This document shows positions 1 through 8,536 of a stretch of DNA of 64,000 nt, in pieces. Below the pieces are notes generated by a model, which was not told where the DNA came from, searched no databases, and saw only the letters and a program-made list of their open reading frames with translations. The position numbers were made by a program, and so were the translations under genes. The DNA is from Promethearchaeia archaeon (lineage in GTDB: Archaea; Asgardarchaeota; Lokiarchaeia; Sigyniarchaeales; SOKP01), in contig JAHQWG010000016.1 in assembly GCA_029856045.1 (NCBI GenBank), positions 96,001-160,000 on the forward strand. Direction: 5' to 3'. How positions within the stretch are numbered: the stretch's first letter is position 1; each line of letters begins with the position of its first letter.

Positions 1-1
1 T

Positions 2-958
2 TCTCCAGATGAAGTTTTGCCCCTATATGGAGCCGATGCACTAAGACAGTGGGCTGCAATGGGTTCATTAGGTGATGATTACCCGTTTGAATATTCGTGG
101 ATTGAGAAAAATACCAAACAACCTGTTAGTAAAGATAAAATCGAAGATGATAAAAATAAATTACCTGAAGATAAATTCAAGAGAAAATATGAGAGAAGAT
201 ACAATCAATTAATAGGGGCTTCTAAATTTCTAACAAAAATCTGGAATGCATATAGATTTTTATATTTAACTAATGAGAAAATTGATTTAAAAGAGATTGA
301 CATAGATATAAATGAATTATCACCTATTGATAGCTATTTTTATAATAAATTTAATGAAGTTCTTGAATATATAACTAATTCTTTCGAAGGATATAATTGG
401 CATGAAGGATTTGCAGCATTTCGCTCATTTTTTTGGTATGAAATATGTGATGATTACATTGAGGCAATAAAATATAAATTTTATTTAGAAGATGCAGCTA
501 TAAAACAAAATGCATTAAAAGCCGTATTAAATCTGATGTATAAAATACTAAAGATTTTAGCAATAATAAGTCCTTTTATTTCAGAGGATATATATTCAAT
601 TCTCTTTAAAAATTATATAAAACAGAAATCAATCCATCTTGAAAAATGGTCAGTTCCTTATCAAAGAATTCCAGAAAAATTCGCTGAACAAGGAAAATTT
701 TGTTTAGAAATTATTAAAAATATTAGAATGGTTAAATCTTCAAATAAAATTCCATTGAATCAAGAATTAAATAAAGTTATATTAATTTTAGACATTAATA
801 GAGTAAAAATGTTGGAAGCGTTACAAATCGATATAAAAAAAACAATTAGAATTAAAGAATTAATAGTAATTGATAAAGAGACACAGGAATCATTAGATAC
901 ACCCGATATAGAAGAGAATATAGAAGATTTAGGGTTAAATATTTTAATTTTTAAATAA
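2..958 (+). CDS. valS: valyl-tRNA synthetase, C-terminal part (5' end outside window)
   Basis: Frame open from position 2 (SPDEVLPLYGADALRQWAA); class Ia post-KMSKS and anticodon-binding motifs YGADALR, KFLTKIWNA, FFWYEICDDYIE, PFISEDIY, SIHLEKW. Confidence 0.85.
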   Translation, partial: SPDEVLPLYGADALRQWAAMGSLGDDYPFEYSWIEKNTKQPVSKDKIEDDKNKLPEDKFKRKYERRYNQLIGASKFLTKIWNAYRFLYLTNEKIDLKEIDIDINELSPIDSYFYNKFNEVLEYITNSFEGYNWHEGFAAFRSFFWYEICDDYIEAIKYKFYLEDAAIKQNALKAVLNLMYKILKILAIISPFISEDIYSILFKNYIKQKSIHLEKWSVPYQRIPEKFAEQGKFCLEIIKNIRMVKSSNKIPLNQELNKVILILDINRVKMLEALQIDIKKTIRIKELIVIDKETQESLDTPDIEENIEDLGLNILIFK

Positions 959-996
959 CTTTCCATTTATTGGAGCAACTAATACTTCTTGTTAAA

Positions 997-1878
997 CTAT
1001 AGCTCGCCTTCAAGTTGAGAAATTATTTGCTTTTTCATTTCTTCAACGTTTGTTGAGAAGCCGAAAGTTTCAGCGAATTTTTGGTTCGTAGTTAACTCGT
1101 GAGTTCTTCCTTTTTTAATGGCGTTAATGAATTCATTATCTAATAACCATTTCACATGTTCGTAAGCGCCAGAACCACGTATTTTAATAAGTTTTGATTT
1201 CAGAATTGGTTGTTTTAAGGCAATAATAGTTAATGTTCGCATTATTCTTTGGGGAATAAGGCCACCAGCAGCAAACTTTGCAACTTTTTCAGTATATTCA
1301 GGTTTTATTTGCATACTATATTTATCTCCAATTTGAACGATTTCAATTGCAGTAGTTCTATCCAGAAACTCAAATGCGAGTTCATTGATTATATTTTTTA
1401 TTAAATCTTGCTTAATCTCTAATTTTGAAGAAAGTTCTTCAAGCCCAAGTGGACGACCTGCGACAAATAAAGCGGCTTCAATTTGATTTTTGTGAAAATC
1501 TAAATCAAGTCTTTCTTTTCTTTCTTCATCCGATAATTCTTGAATTTCTGGTTCAACTTTATTAATTTCCATTTCTATTAAGGATTCATCTATTGGTTTA
1601 ACTACTTCCTCTGTAGATTTATCCATTAATTCAACTTCATCTTCTCGTAAAGATTTATCTATTAATTCAATTTCATCTTCTTCTGTTGACTCATCTAATA
1701 ATTCAATTTTATCTTCTTCTAGAGATTCATCTATTAGTTTAACTTCTTCTTCTGTAGATTCATCTTTTAATTCAACTTCATCTTCTTCTAGAGATTCACC
1801 AATAGATTTATTTTCTAAATCTTGCTCTAATTCATTATTTTCATTATTTTCATTATTTTCTTGTTCCATGCACATCAA
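997..1878 (-). CDS. scpB: SMC-Scp complex subunit ScpB with acidic repetitive N-terminal extension
   Basis: IEAALFVAGRPL, RTLTIIALKQPILKSKLIKIRG, TTNQKFAETFG; downstream of smc-scpA. Confidence 0.9.
   Translation of the reverse strand: MMCMEQENNENNENNELEQDLENKSIGESLEEDEVELKDESTEEEVKLIDESLEEDKIELLDESTEEDEIELIDKSLREDEVELMDKSTEEVVKPIDESLIEMEINKVEPEIQELSDEERKERLDLDFHKNQIEAALFVAGRPLGLEELSSKLEIKQDLIKNIINELAFEFLDRTTAIEIVQIGDKYSMQIKPEYTEKVAKFAAGGLIPQRIMRTLTIIALKQPILKSKLIKIRGSGAYEHVKWLLDNEFINAIKKGRTHELTTNQKFAETFGFSTNVEEMKKQIISQLEGEL
1579..1806 (-). repeat. ~6 imperfect 33-36 nt coding repeats (EEDEVELxDES/T-like) in scpB
   Basis: EEDEVELKDEST / EEEVKLIDESL / EEDKIELLDEST / EEDEIELIDKSL / REDEVELMDKST / EEVVKPIDESL; recurring ttcaacttcatcttct on + strand. 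Confidence 0.85.
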
Positions 1879-1910
1879 AATTTTTTTTTATTCTAATAAT
1901 TCTTTGTATA

Positions 1911-2900
1911 TTATTTAATTGTAATTGAAATATCTTCAAAATCATCTGCTTGAAATATATTTATTTTATTGGAAGTTCCTAAGAACATTAATGAAAGGAA
2001 CATCCTAACAAGAGCAAACTTACGGGAAATTGTTTCCTCTTGTTCATTTTTTATTAAATTTAAAAGTTTAAAAAAGGAGATATAATCAGTGTCATTAAGA
2101 TCTTGGGAAGCTTTAATTTTGTTATACCATCCATCGATCAATTCTTCAATCGTTTGGTCTTTTCCTGTAATATGTTTTAATAATTCTTTGGGTAATTTTG
2201 CTTTTGATTTTTTTAATTCTACCATTTGTTTTGCATCTTCTCTTCGTTCACGTGCGCGTCTTAATTTTTCTCGGTTTTGCATTGTTTCTAAAATAGCAGA
2301 TCTCATTGCAGAAAAGAGTTCTTCCCTAGTAGCGACTTTCTTTTTGGGTTGAATCGGTTGAGCAAATGCTTTTGGGATTGAACGTTTAGTTCGTTCCCTT
2401 AATTCCTCTAATTCTTGTTCCTGCTGTACTTTTTGTTCATGTTCAATGACATCCTTTATTTTTGTATGATGAATAGTTGCCGCACCTAAAATTGCCATTC
2501 CAGAAATTCTAAAATTAATAAAATCTTCTTTAAGCATCTTTTCAAAGAATTTATGAATTATCGGTGTGAAGTCTTGATTTAAAAATGTTGAATCCTTTAA
2601 TAATTCCGGATCCAAAAGTGAATTATATGGAGGTTTTTGCCAGAATTTTTTATCAGCTTCAATTTTTTTTTTCATTTCTTCTGTTATTTCTTTTAATAAT
2701 TCACCATCTTCTTCAAATTCTGCGATTAATTCTTCTTTAACTTCAATTTCCTTTTGGATTTCAGGTAATGGTTTTTCAATTGAATTTATTTGATCAATAT
2801 TTGATTTAGAAATATTTGGTGTTTCATCTTTAGGCTTTTTAGGGCATTTATGTTGAGATAGCCTTTTAAAGGTTTTTCCACAATAAGGGCATTTTGGCAT
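1911..2900 (-). CDS. scpA: kleisin ScpA with N-terminal C2HC zinc-finger-like segment
   Basis: N-kleisin-like INFRISGMAILGAATIHHTKI; C-terminal VRMFLSLMFLGTSNKINIFQADDFEDISI; lies between smc and scpB. Confidence 0.8.
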   Translation of the reverse strand: MPKCPYCGKTFKRLSQHKCPKKPKDETPNISKSNIDQINSIEKPLPEIQKEIEVKEELIAEFEEDGELLKEITEEMKKKIEADKKFWQKPPYNSLLDPELLKDSTFLNQDFTPIIHKFFEKMLKEDFINFRISGMAILGAATIHHTKIKDVIEHEQKVQQEQELEELRERTKRSIPKAFAQPIQPKKKVATREELFSAMRSAILETMQNREKLRRARERREDAKQMVELKKSKAKLPKELLKHITGKDQTIEELIDGWYNKIKASQDLNDTDYISFFKLLNLIKNEQEETISRKFALVRMFLSLMFLGTSNKINIFQADDFEDISITIK

Positions 2901-2922
2901 ATTTACGTTCTCCTTATTTTTT

Positions 2923-5900
2923 TTAAGTTTCCTCTAATTCCAATATTTGTTTAGCTTCTTTTTCTAAATCCACACTAAAAACATCTGTAATTCCACCTTG
3001 CATTGAAACACCGTATATTCTATCTGCATTTACAATGTTTTCTTCACGGTGACTAATAACTAAAAATTGAGCTTGTTTAGCGAATTCCTTAATAACCATC
3101 GAAACACGATGAACATTTGGGCCGTCTAAGGCCGCATCGATCTCATCTAAAATATAAAATGGAGCAGGATAAAATTCTTGAACGGCAAAGATGAAAGATA
3201 ATGCAACTAGAGTCTTTTCTCCGCCACTTAAAATTTCAAGTGAACTAATTTTTTTACCTCTTGGGCGAGCTTCTATGTCAATTCCTCCTTCAAAAGGTTT
3301 ATCTGGTCGCTCTAATATCATTTTAGCAGAGCCGCCTGGTGATAATTTTTGAAACACACTTGAAAATTGTCTATTAATCTCATGGTAAGCTTTCATGAAA
3401 TTTCTAGTTTTTTCCAATTCAATTTTATCAATAGAGTCAAGAATCGCTTTTCTTTCTCGTTGGATGGTTTGTCTTCTCATATCTATTTCATCAAATCGCT
3501 CTTTAACATCATCATATTGATCAATCGCTTTAAGATTTACTGGTTCAAGTTTCTTCTTAGCATTTTGCGTTTCTATGATATCATTTTGAAGTCCTTGTTC
3601 TGTAAGTTCTTCAGTTACTGGTGGAAGAGCTCCGTAATCTTTACCTCTTTCATAAAGTGTTTCAATCTGATCAGTCGTTATTATTTTTTTAGATTCAAGA
3701 TTATTTAATTTGGAATGTTCCATCGATAGATCCGCTTTTAATGAGGAAATAACATTTTGCATTTCTTTTTGTTTTTTCCAGGATTCATCTTTTTTAATCA
3801 CTATCTCGTCGATTTCTTTTTGTTTTTCTATTTTATCATTATTTACTTCAGTAAGAGTTTCATTAATTTTTTCTATATCTTTTTCAATCTGTTCAATGAG
3901 CTGATTAGAATTCTCAATTTCTTCTACCAAAATTTTAATTTGTTGTTCTCGTTCTTTATTTTTAGATAATTCGTTTAGATCTTTTTGTTGTTTCTGTAAT
4001 TTTTTGTTCATGTCTTTCAAGTATTTTTGAATTTCCTTCTGTTTATTGAATTCCTCATCTTTATGGTTTTTTAATTCATTAATTGTAATTTGTTCTTCAT
4101 CGATTTTCTTTTGAATTTCTTCTTGAGAAAGAGTTTGTTCCTCAATTTTTTTATTATTAGCATCGATTTTATTATTCGAGTCAACATTTTCAGTTTTTAA
4201 TTCTTCAATAGAATCTATGAGTCGCTGAATATTTTGTAGAGCTCTCAAATTATCAGTTATTAATTCTAGATTTTGATTTTCTACATCAATTTGTTTTTGT
4301 AATTCCGCTGTTTTTCCCCAGAATTTTTCTTTCTCTAATTTTAAATCGTTAATTTTGTTCTGATGTGTTTCTAATTCTTTTTTCCTTGTTTCAATGCTTT
4401 TATTTGTTGCAATAATTTCATTATTTTTTTCTTCAATCTCTATTTCAATAGACTTAATATTTTCCTCAATTTCTGTTATGTTTTCCAATAAATTTTGTAT
4501 GCCTTTGAGATCTTGTAAATTCTCTTGAATATTATCAAGTTCCTTCTGATTATTTTCAACCTTATCTTGAATCTCTTTCTTTATTGTCCAAAACTGTTTT
4601 TTCAGCTCTTTAATATTTTCTTGTTCTTTAATTAATTGTTCTTTCTCTTTGTTTTTCTCATCGATAAATTTATTTTTTTCAGTGGTCTCGTTTTCAAATT
4701 CTATAATTTTATTTTTTATTTCTTCCGATTGAGAAGAGAAATCATCTAATTTTCTTTTATCCTCTGATAATTTTTGATCGAATGATTCCTTTTTTGAATT
4801 AAAAACAGTTAGTTTTTGTTCATGATCATTCAATTCATTTAATTGGGAATTAATACTTTCAGAAATTTCTTCTAATTCTTTATAAAGATCTTGACTTTTT
4901 GATAATGTTAATTTTCTTAAAGCAAGATAAACATTTTCTAATATTTCCATTAAATCTTGGACGAAATCGTCAATATTGGAGGTTGATTCTTGGACAGCAA
5001 CGTCTGTAGATTCTTTTACGGATGTAAGTAATTGAGAAATTGAAGAGTCTGCATTTTCAATATATAAATTCAGAGTTTGAGTGAAAGAATTCAATGACCC
5101 ACGAATATTCTCATCAGATAATTCCTCCTTATTAATTTCTTCAATAATTTTCATCATTTCAACAATATCATAGATATAAGTTTTGAAATCTTCAGCAGAT
5201 GTTGAAATTGCTTCAAAATTTGATTCTTGAATTGCGCCTTTTATTGATTCAACAGAAATATGTATATTTTGGGTTAACATATTTAAAATTTGTAAAATTC
5301 CTGTTAAATTTTCTTTATTTTGATCATAATCTTCCTCAGAAACCCTAATTCGGTCTAAAAGAGTTTCTTTTTCCTTACTCAATTCATTTATTCTTTTGTT
5401 AATATTTTCTTTCTTTTTAGAGAGATTATTAAGATTAGAATTTGTTTCATTCAAATCCTCGGTAAGTGACTTTGTTTCTAAGTTAAGGTTTTTGATTTCT
5501 CGCTCAAAATTTTTTTGATTCTTTTGGAGAATTCTTATTTCAGTTTTAATGTTAGAGATTCTGGTATTATATTCAGTAATTTCAGATTCTGATGTATTTT
5601 TTTTCATTTGAATTAATTCATAATTCTGTTCATTCTTTTTTAAAGTATTTTCTTCTTGTAGAAGTTGTTTCTTTAAATCTGCTATATTCTTAATATAACT
5701 ATCTTTCTTTTTCATTAATTCTATTATTCTTACTTGAACTTCTTTTCCCTCACTTAATCTCTTGAATTCTTCTTCGATTTCAATTTTCTTTTTATTGAGT
5801 GTATTGATTTGGTTTTTATTCATTTTTATCTCTGTATTTAAAGATGAAAAAGATGAATGTAAATCAGAGATGATTTTATTAATATCACTTCTCTGGTTCT

Positions 5901-7353
5901 CGATTTCAGTAATTTGCGATTCCAAATCTTTCTGAACTTTATTTTCATTATTAATATTTTTCTTAATTTCTGCTATTTTTTCTCGAATTTGCTGCTGTTT
6001 TTGTTTAGTTTTATCAACGGCTTTTTCAATGTCTTCTTCTTCCCCCTTTAATTTTTCTAGTTCGGTTTCAAGTTCAACTTTTTTATTCTTATTTCGTTTA
6101 ATATTATTTTTCAATACCCCAATTTCAGCTTTGAGTGAAGAAATATTTTGTTTTATTGTAGAGATTTCACCTTTAAAACCTGCAACAATTTTTGTATGTT
6201 CATTAATATCTCCTTCAATTTCTTTATGCTTTGATTGACTAATTTCAAATGAGTTTCTAGAATTTTCTATTTCTTTTTCAATATTTGATATATCTTTCTG
6301 GACATCTTCAATCATATTATCAAATGTTTGACCCTCTTCCAAAACCTTTAGCTCTTTTTCAAGGTTCTCCTTTTTTATTTTTGATTTTTCAAGGGATTGT
6401 TTTTCTATTTCCATCGTTGTTTTATTAGAACTAAGTTCTGTTTTAATCTTAGTGATTTTTTCAGAGATATCTTCTCGTTCCTTTTCTTTCTCACTTATCG
6501 TTTGTTGAAGATTTTCCATAATAAGAGCTTCTTGTTTATAAATATCCTCTTGTCTATCAATTTTTCCTTTAAATTCTTCAATGATTTCTTGGGTCTTTTC
6601 CATATATTTTTCTAATTGTTCCTCTTCCGCTTGTAATTGGGATATTTTTAGAGCAATCAATTGCGAATTATAATAGTTAATTTTTTCATCTAATTCCTTC
6701 CATTTTAACGCATCATTTTTTTCTTTCTCAACTTTTTTCAGTTGAGAAGATACTTCTGAGAAAATTGCTTCAAATTTTCCTAAATCACGTTCTGCTTTAT
6801 CTAATTTTTTAAGAGTAGCATCTCTCATTTCATCATATTTTTCTAAACCTATAAGCGTTTCAATGAATGCGCGTCTATCAACAGAATTCATATGAGTTAA
6901 TTCCACTATTTTTCCTTGTAAAACAAATTGATTTGAGCCATCGGGGTCAATATTTGCTTGTGCTAAAGCATTTAATAATGCTGAGCGGGTTGCATTCTTT
7001 CCATTAATTAAATATTTACTTCCTGTTGTTTTTCTTACTTCTCTTGCTATTTCAAATGTATCTCCACCACCAGGAAATATTCCCTCTGAATTATCAAATG
7101 TAATTGCTACCCTTGAAGTTGAGGCAGGCTTTTCTTTTTGGGTTCCAGCAAAAATTAAATCCTTTAATGATTCAGCTCTCATAGTTTTTTTCGATAAACG
7201 CCCAAGACAAAAACATAATGCATCAATAACATTCGATTTTCCTGCCCCATTAGGTCCTACAATACAAGTAAAACCAGGAGAGAGCTTAATCGAAACCGTT
7301 CTATCTCCAAAGGATTTAAAACCAGTCATACTGATTTTCTTTATAATAGTCAT
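2923..7353 (-). CDS. smc: SMC chromosome segregation ATPase (atypical: long arms, no recognisable hinge)
   Basis: GFKSF, Walker A GPNGAGKS, Q-loop FVLQG, signature LSGGEK, Walker B/D-loop ILDEIDAALD, ISHR; long coiled coils; operon with scpA/scpB. Confidence 0.93.
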   Translation of the reverse strand: MTIIKKISMTGFKSFGDRTVSIKLSPGFTCIVGPNGAGKSNVIDALCFCLGRLSKKTMRAESLKDLIFAGTQKEKPASTSRVAITFDNSEGIFPGGGDTFEIAREVRKTTGSKYLINGKNATRSALLNALAQANIDPDGSNQFVLQGKIVELTHMNSVDRRAFIETLIGLEKYDEMRDATLKKLDKAERDLGKFEAIFSEVSSQLKKVEKEKNDALKWKELDEKINYYNSQLIALKISQLQAEEEQLEKYMEKTQEIIEEFKGKIDRQEDIYKQEALIMENLQQTISEKEKEREDISEKITKIKTELSSNKTTMEIEKQSLEKSKIKKENLEKELKVLEEGQTFDNMIEDVQKDISNIEKEIENSRNSFEISQSKHKEIEGDINEHTKIVAGFKGEISTIKQNISSLKAEIGVLKNNIKRNKNKKVELETELEKLKGEEEDIEKAVDKTKQKQQQIREKIAEIKKNINNENKVQKDLESQITEIENQRSDINKIISDLHSSFSSLNTEIKMNKNQINTLNKKKIEIEEEFKRLSEGKEVQVRIIELMKKKDSYIKNIADLKKQLLQEENTLKKNEQNYELIQMKKNTSESEITEYNTRISNIKTEIRILQKNQKNFEREIKNLNLETKSLTEDLNETNSNLNNLSKKKENINKRINELSKEKETLLDRIRVSEEDYDQNKENLTGILQILNMLTQNIHISVESIKGAIQESNFEAISTSAEDFKTYIYDIVEMMKIIEEINKEELSDENIRGSLNSFTQTLNLYIENADSSISQLLTSVKESTDVAVQESTSNIDDFVQDLMEILENVYLALRKLTLSKSQDLYKELEEISESINSQLNELNDHEQKLTVFNSKKESFDQKLSEDKRKLDDFSSQSEEIKNKIIEFENETTEKNKFIDEKNKEKEQLIKEQENIKELKKQFWTIKKEIQDKVENNQKELDNIQENLQDLKGIQNLLENITEIEENIKSIEIEIEEKNNEIIATNKSIETRKKELETHQNKINDLKLEKEKFWGKTAELQKQIDVENQNLELITDNLRALQNIQRLIDSIEELKTENVDSNNKIDANNKKIEEQTLSQEEIQKKIDEEQITINELKNHKDEEFNKQKEIQKYLKDMNKKLQKQQKDLNELSKNKEREQQIKILVEEIENSNQLIEQIEKDIEKINETLTEVNNDKIEKQKEIDEIVIKKDESWKKQKEMQNVISSLKADLSMEHSKLNNLESKKIITTDQIETLYERGKDYGALPPVTEELTEQGLQNDIIETQNAKKKLEPVNLKAIDQYDDVKERFDEIDMRRQTIQRERKAILDSIDKIELEKTRNFMKAYHEINRQFSSVFQKLSPGGSAKMILERPDKPFEGGIDIEARPRGKKISSLEILSGGEKTLVALSFIFAVQEFYPAPFYILDEIDAALDGPNVHRVSMVIKEFAKQAQFLVISHREENIVNADRIYGVSMQGGITDVFSVDLEKEAKQILELEET

Positions 7354-7472
7354 AAGATGAAAAACCTTTTGATCTAATATCTTACTTTAATTTAAATAAT
7401 CACATTTATTTATAATTATTTTTAATTTCTTATAATTTATTTATTGGAATTTATAACGTAGAATTTTAATTG

Positions 7473-7898
7473 TTATAAAATTTTTTCACATTCAATATTA
7501 ATTTCACGCATTACTTTTGCAAAAGTAGTCCATAACTGTTGAGAAAATTGACTTACTAATATGGTATCTGTTCGTTTTGAATCTAAACATTTTAATTCTT
7601 CTTTATGAGATTTAATTTTTGTTTTCCAAATTTCCGAAAAGATTTCCTGTAGATTTATCTTTACTTTTTTTGCAATTTGTTCATATGTTTCATCGATATC
7701 TGCCTCCTTTTGCAATTTTTGAAGTTGTTCATATCTTCTTTTTTCTTTTGCATGCGTTAAATCTTTGCAATCAATAATAATTTGAAATGGATTTTTTTTT
7801 CCATATTGGCAGCCTCTAATATCACATTCATTACATATATCTTCGAATGAGATTGTAAATTGAGAAAGACCAGTTATAGAATATTTTAGAGTTGCCAT
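7473..7898 (-). CDS. hypothetical protein (Cys cluster CNECxxxxC)
   Basis: 141-aa ORF with ATG start, same strand as and just upstream of smc. Confidence 0.65.
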   Translation of the reverse strand: MATLKYSITGLSQFTISFEDICNECDIRGCQYGKKNPFQIIIDCKDLTHAKEKRRYEQLQKLQKEADIDETYEQIAKKVKINLQEIFSEIWKTKIKSHKEELKCLDSKRTDTILVSQFSQQLWTTFAKVMREINIECEKIL

Positions 7899-8007
7899 TA
7901 TCTTTTTTTTTTTTTCTCTTTAATAAATTAAGTGTTTATATAATATTTTAACTTTAATTAATGATTAAATCAATAAGGTTAAGAAATAATTTGATTAGTT
8001 GTGATAG

Positions 8008-8102
8008 TGCGCCCGGGGGGATTTGGACCCCCGACTTCACGGTTATATCGGCAGTAATTTTTACTTCAGCCGTGCGCTCTAACCAAGCTAAGCCACGGGC
8101 GC
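8008..8102 (-). tRNA. tRNA-Ile(GAT) with 20-nt intron at position 34/35 (8047-8066)
   Basis: Acceptor GCGCCCG/CGGGCGC-A, D arm GCTTAGCTTGGTTAGAGC, anticodon stem CACGG/CCGTG; BHB-like CGGC-TGA-AGTAA..TTACT-GCCG-ATA splices to loop CT-GAT-AA; isotype less certain than tRNA identity. Confidence 0.8.
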
Positions 8103-8162
8103 AAAATCTCAAGAACTATATTTATAATTTTAATAATCTTGGATTTAAATAAAAAATTTACT

Positions 8163-8456
8163 TTTTTAATATATCATAAGAAAACTTTTGTCCAGTCTCT
8201 AATTCAAATTCATATATAAAAACGGTTTAAAACTTATAAGAAAGTTAGATATTATTCGGTGAATTTCTTACTAGCCGGAGATTCTTGAGTAGAAATTCTT
8301 AATAATGTTATTGATAACTTATTGCAAAGAGAAGAGCCTTTAACTATTGCTCTAAAGACGATTCAGTTACATGAAATTAAGAAAAATATAAACTTTTTCC
8401 TCGAAGTATGCAATCTTGTGATGGATGATGAGAATAAAGAGATACTGAATTTATAG
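8163..8456 (+). pseudogene. possible decayed coding remnant of unknown family
   Basis: One frame reads as protein-like for ~98 codons (..VEILNNVIDNLLQREEPLTIALKTIQLHEIKKNINFFLEVCNLVMDDENKEILNL*) with internal TAA 8217 and TGA 8286. Confidence 0.3.
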
Positions 8457-8536
8457 TATTTCATTTTTTTATTTAAATTTGGTCGGTTATTATAAGTTAT
8501 TATAAAAACATTAGTTTAGAAGGTCTTTATTCGAAC

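Noticed and set aside
8008-8102. Call as tRNA-Phe(GAA) with a canonical 37/38 intron
   Set aside because: No BHB helix in that register, whereas the 34/35 register gives a clean helix and an Ile-like body; not fully excluded
7961-8152. 63-aa ORF on + strand
   Set aside because: Antisense to the tRNA gene; open only because of the tRNA's GC content
8286-8288. In-frame TGA as possible selenocysteine
   Set aside because: No selenoprotein context or SECIS recognised, and the same frame also contains a TAA
8424-8448. ATGATGA..CTGA resembling a C/D box RNA
   Set aside because: Only one box pair, no second guide or terminal stem, and no recognisable rRNA complement
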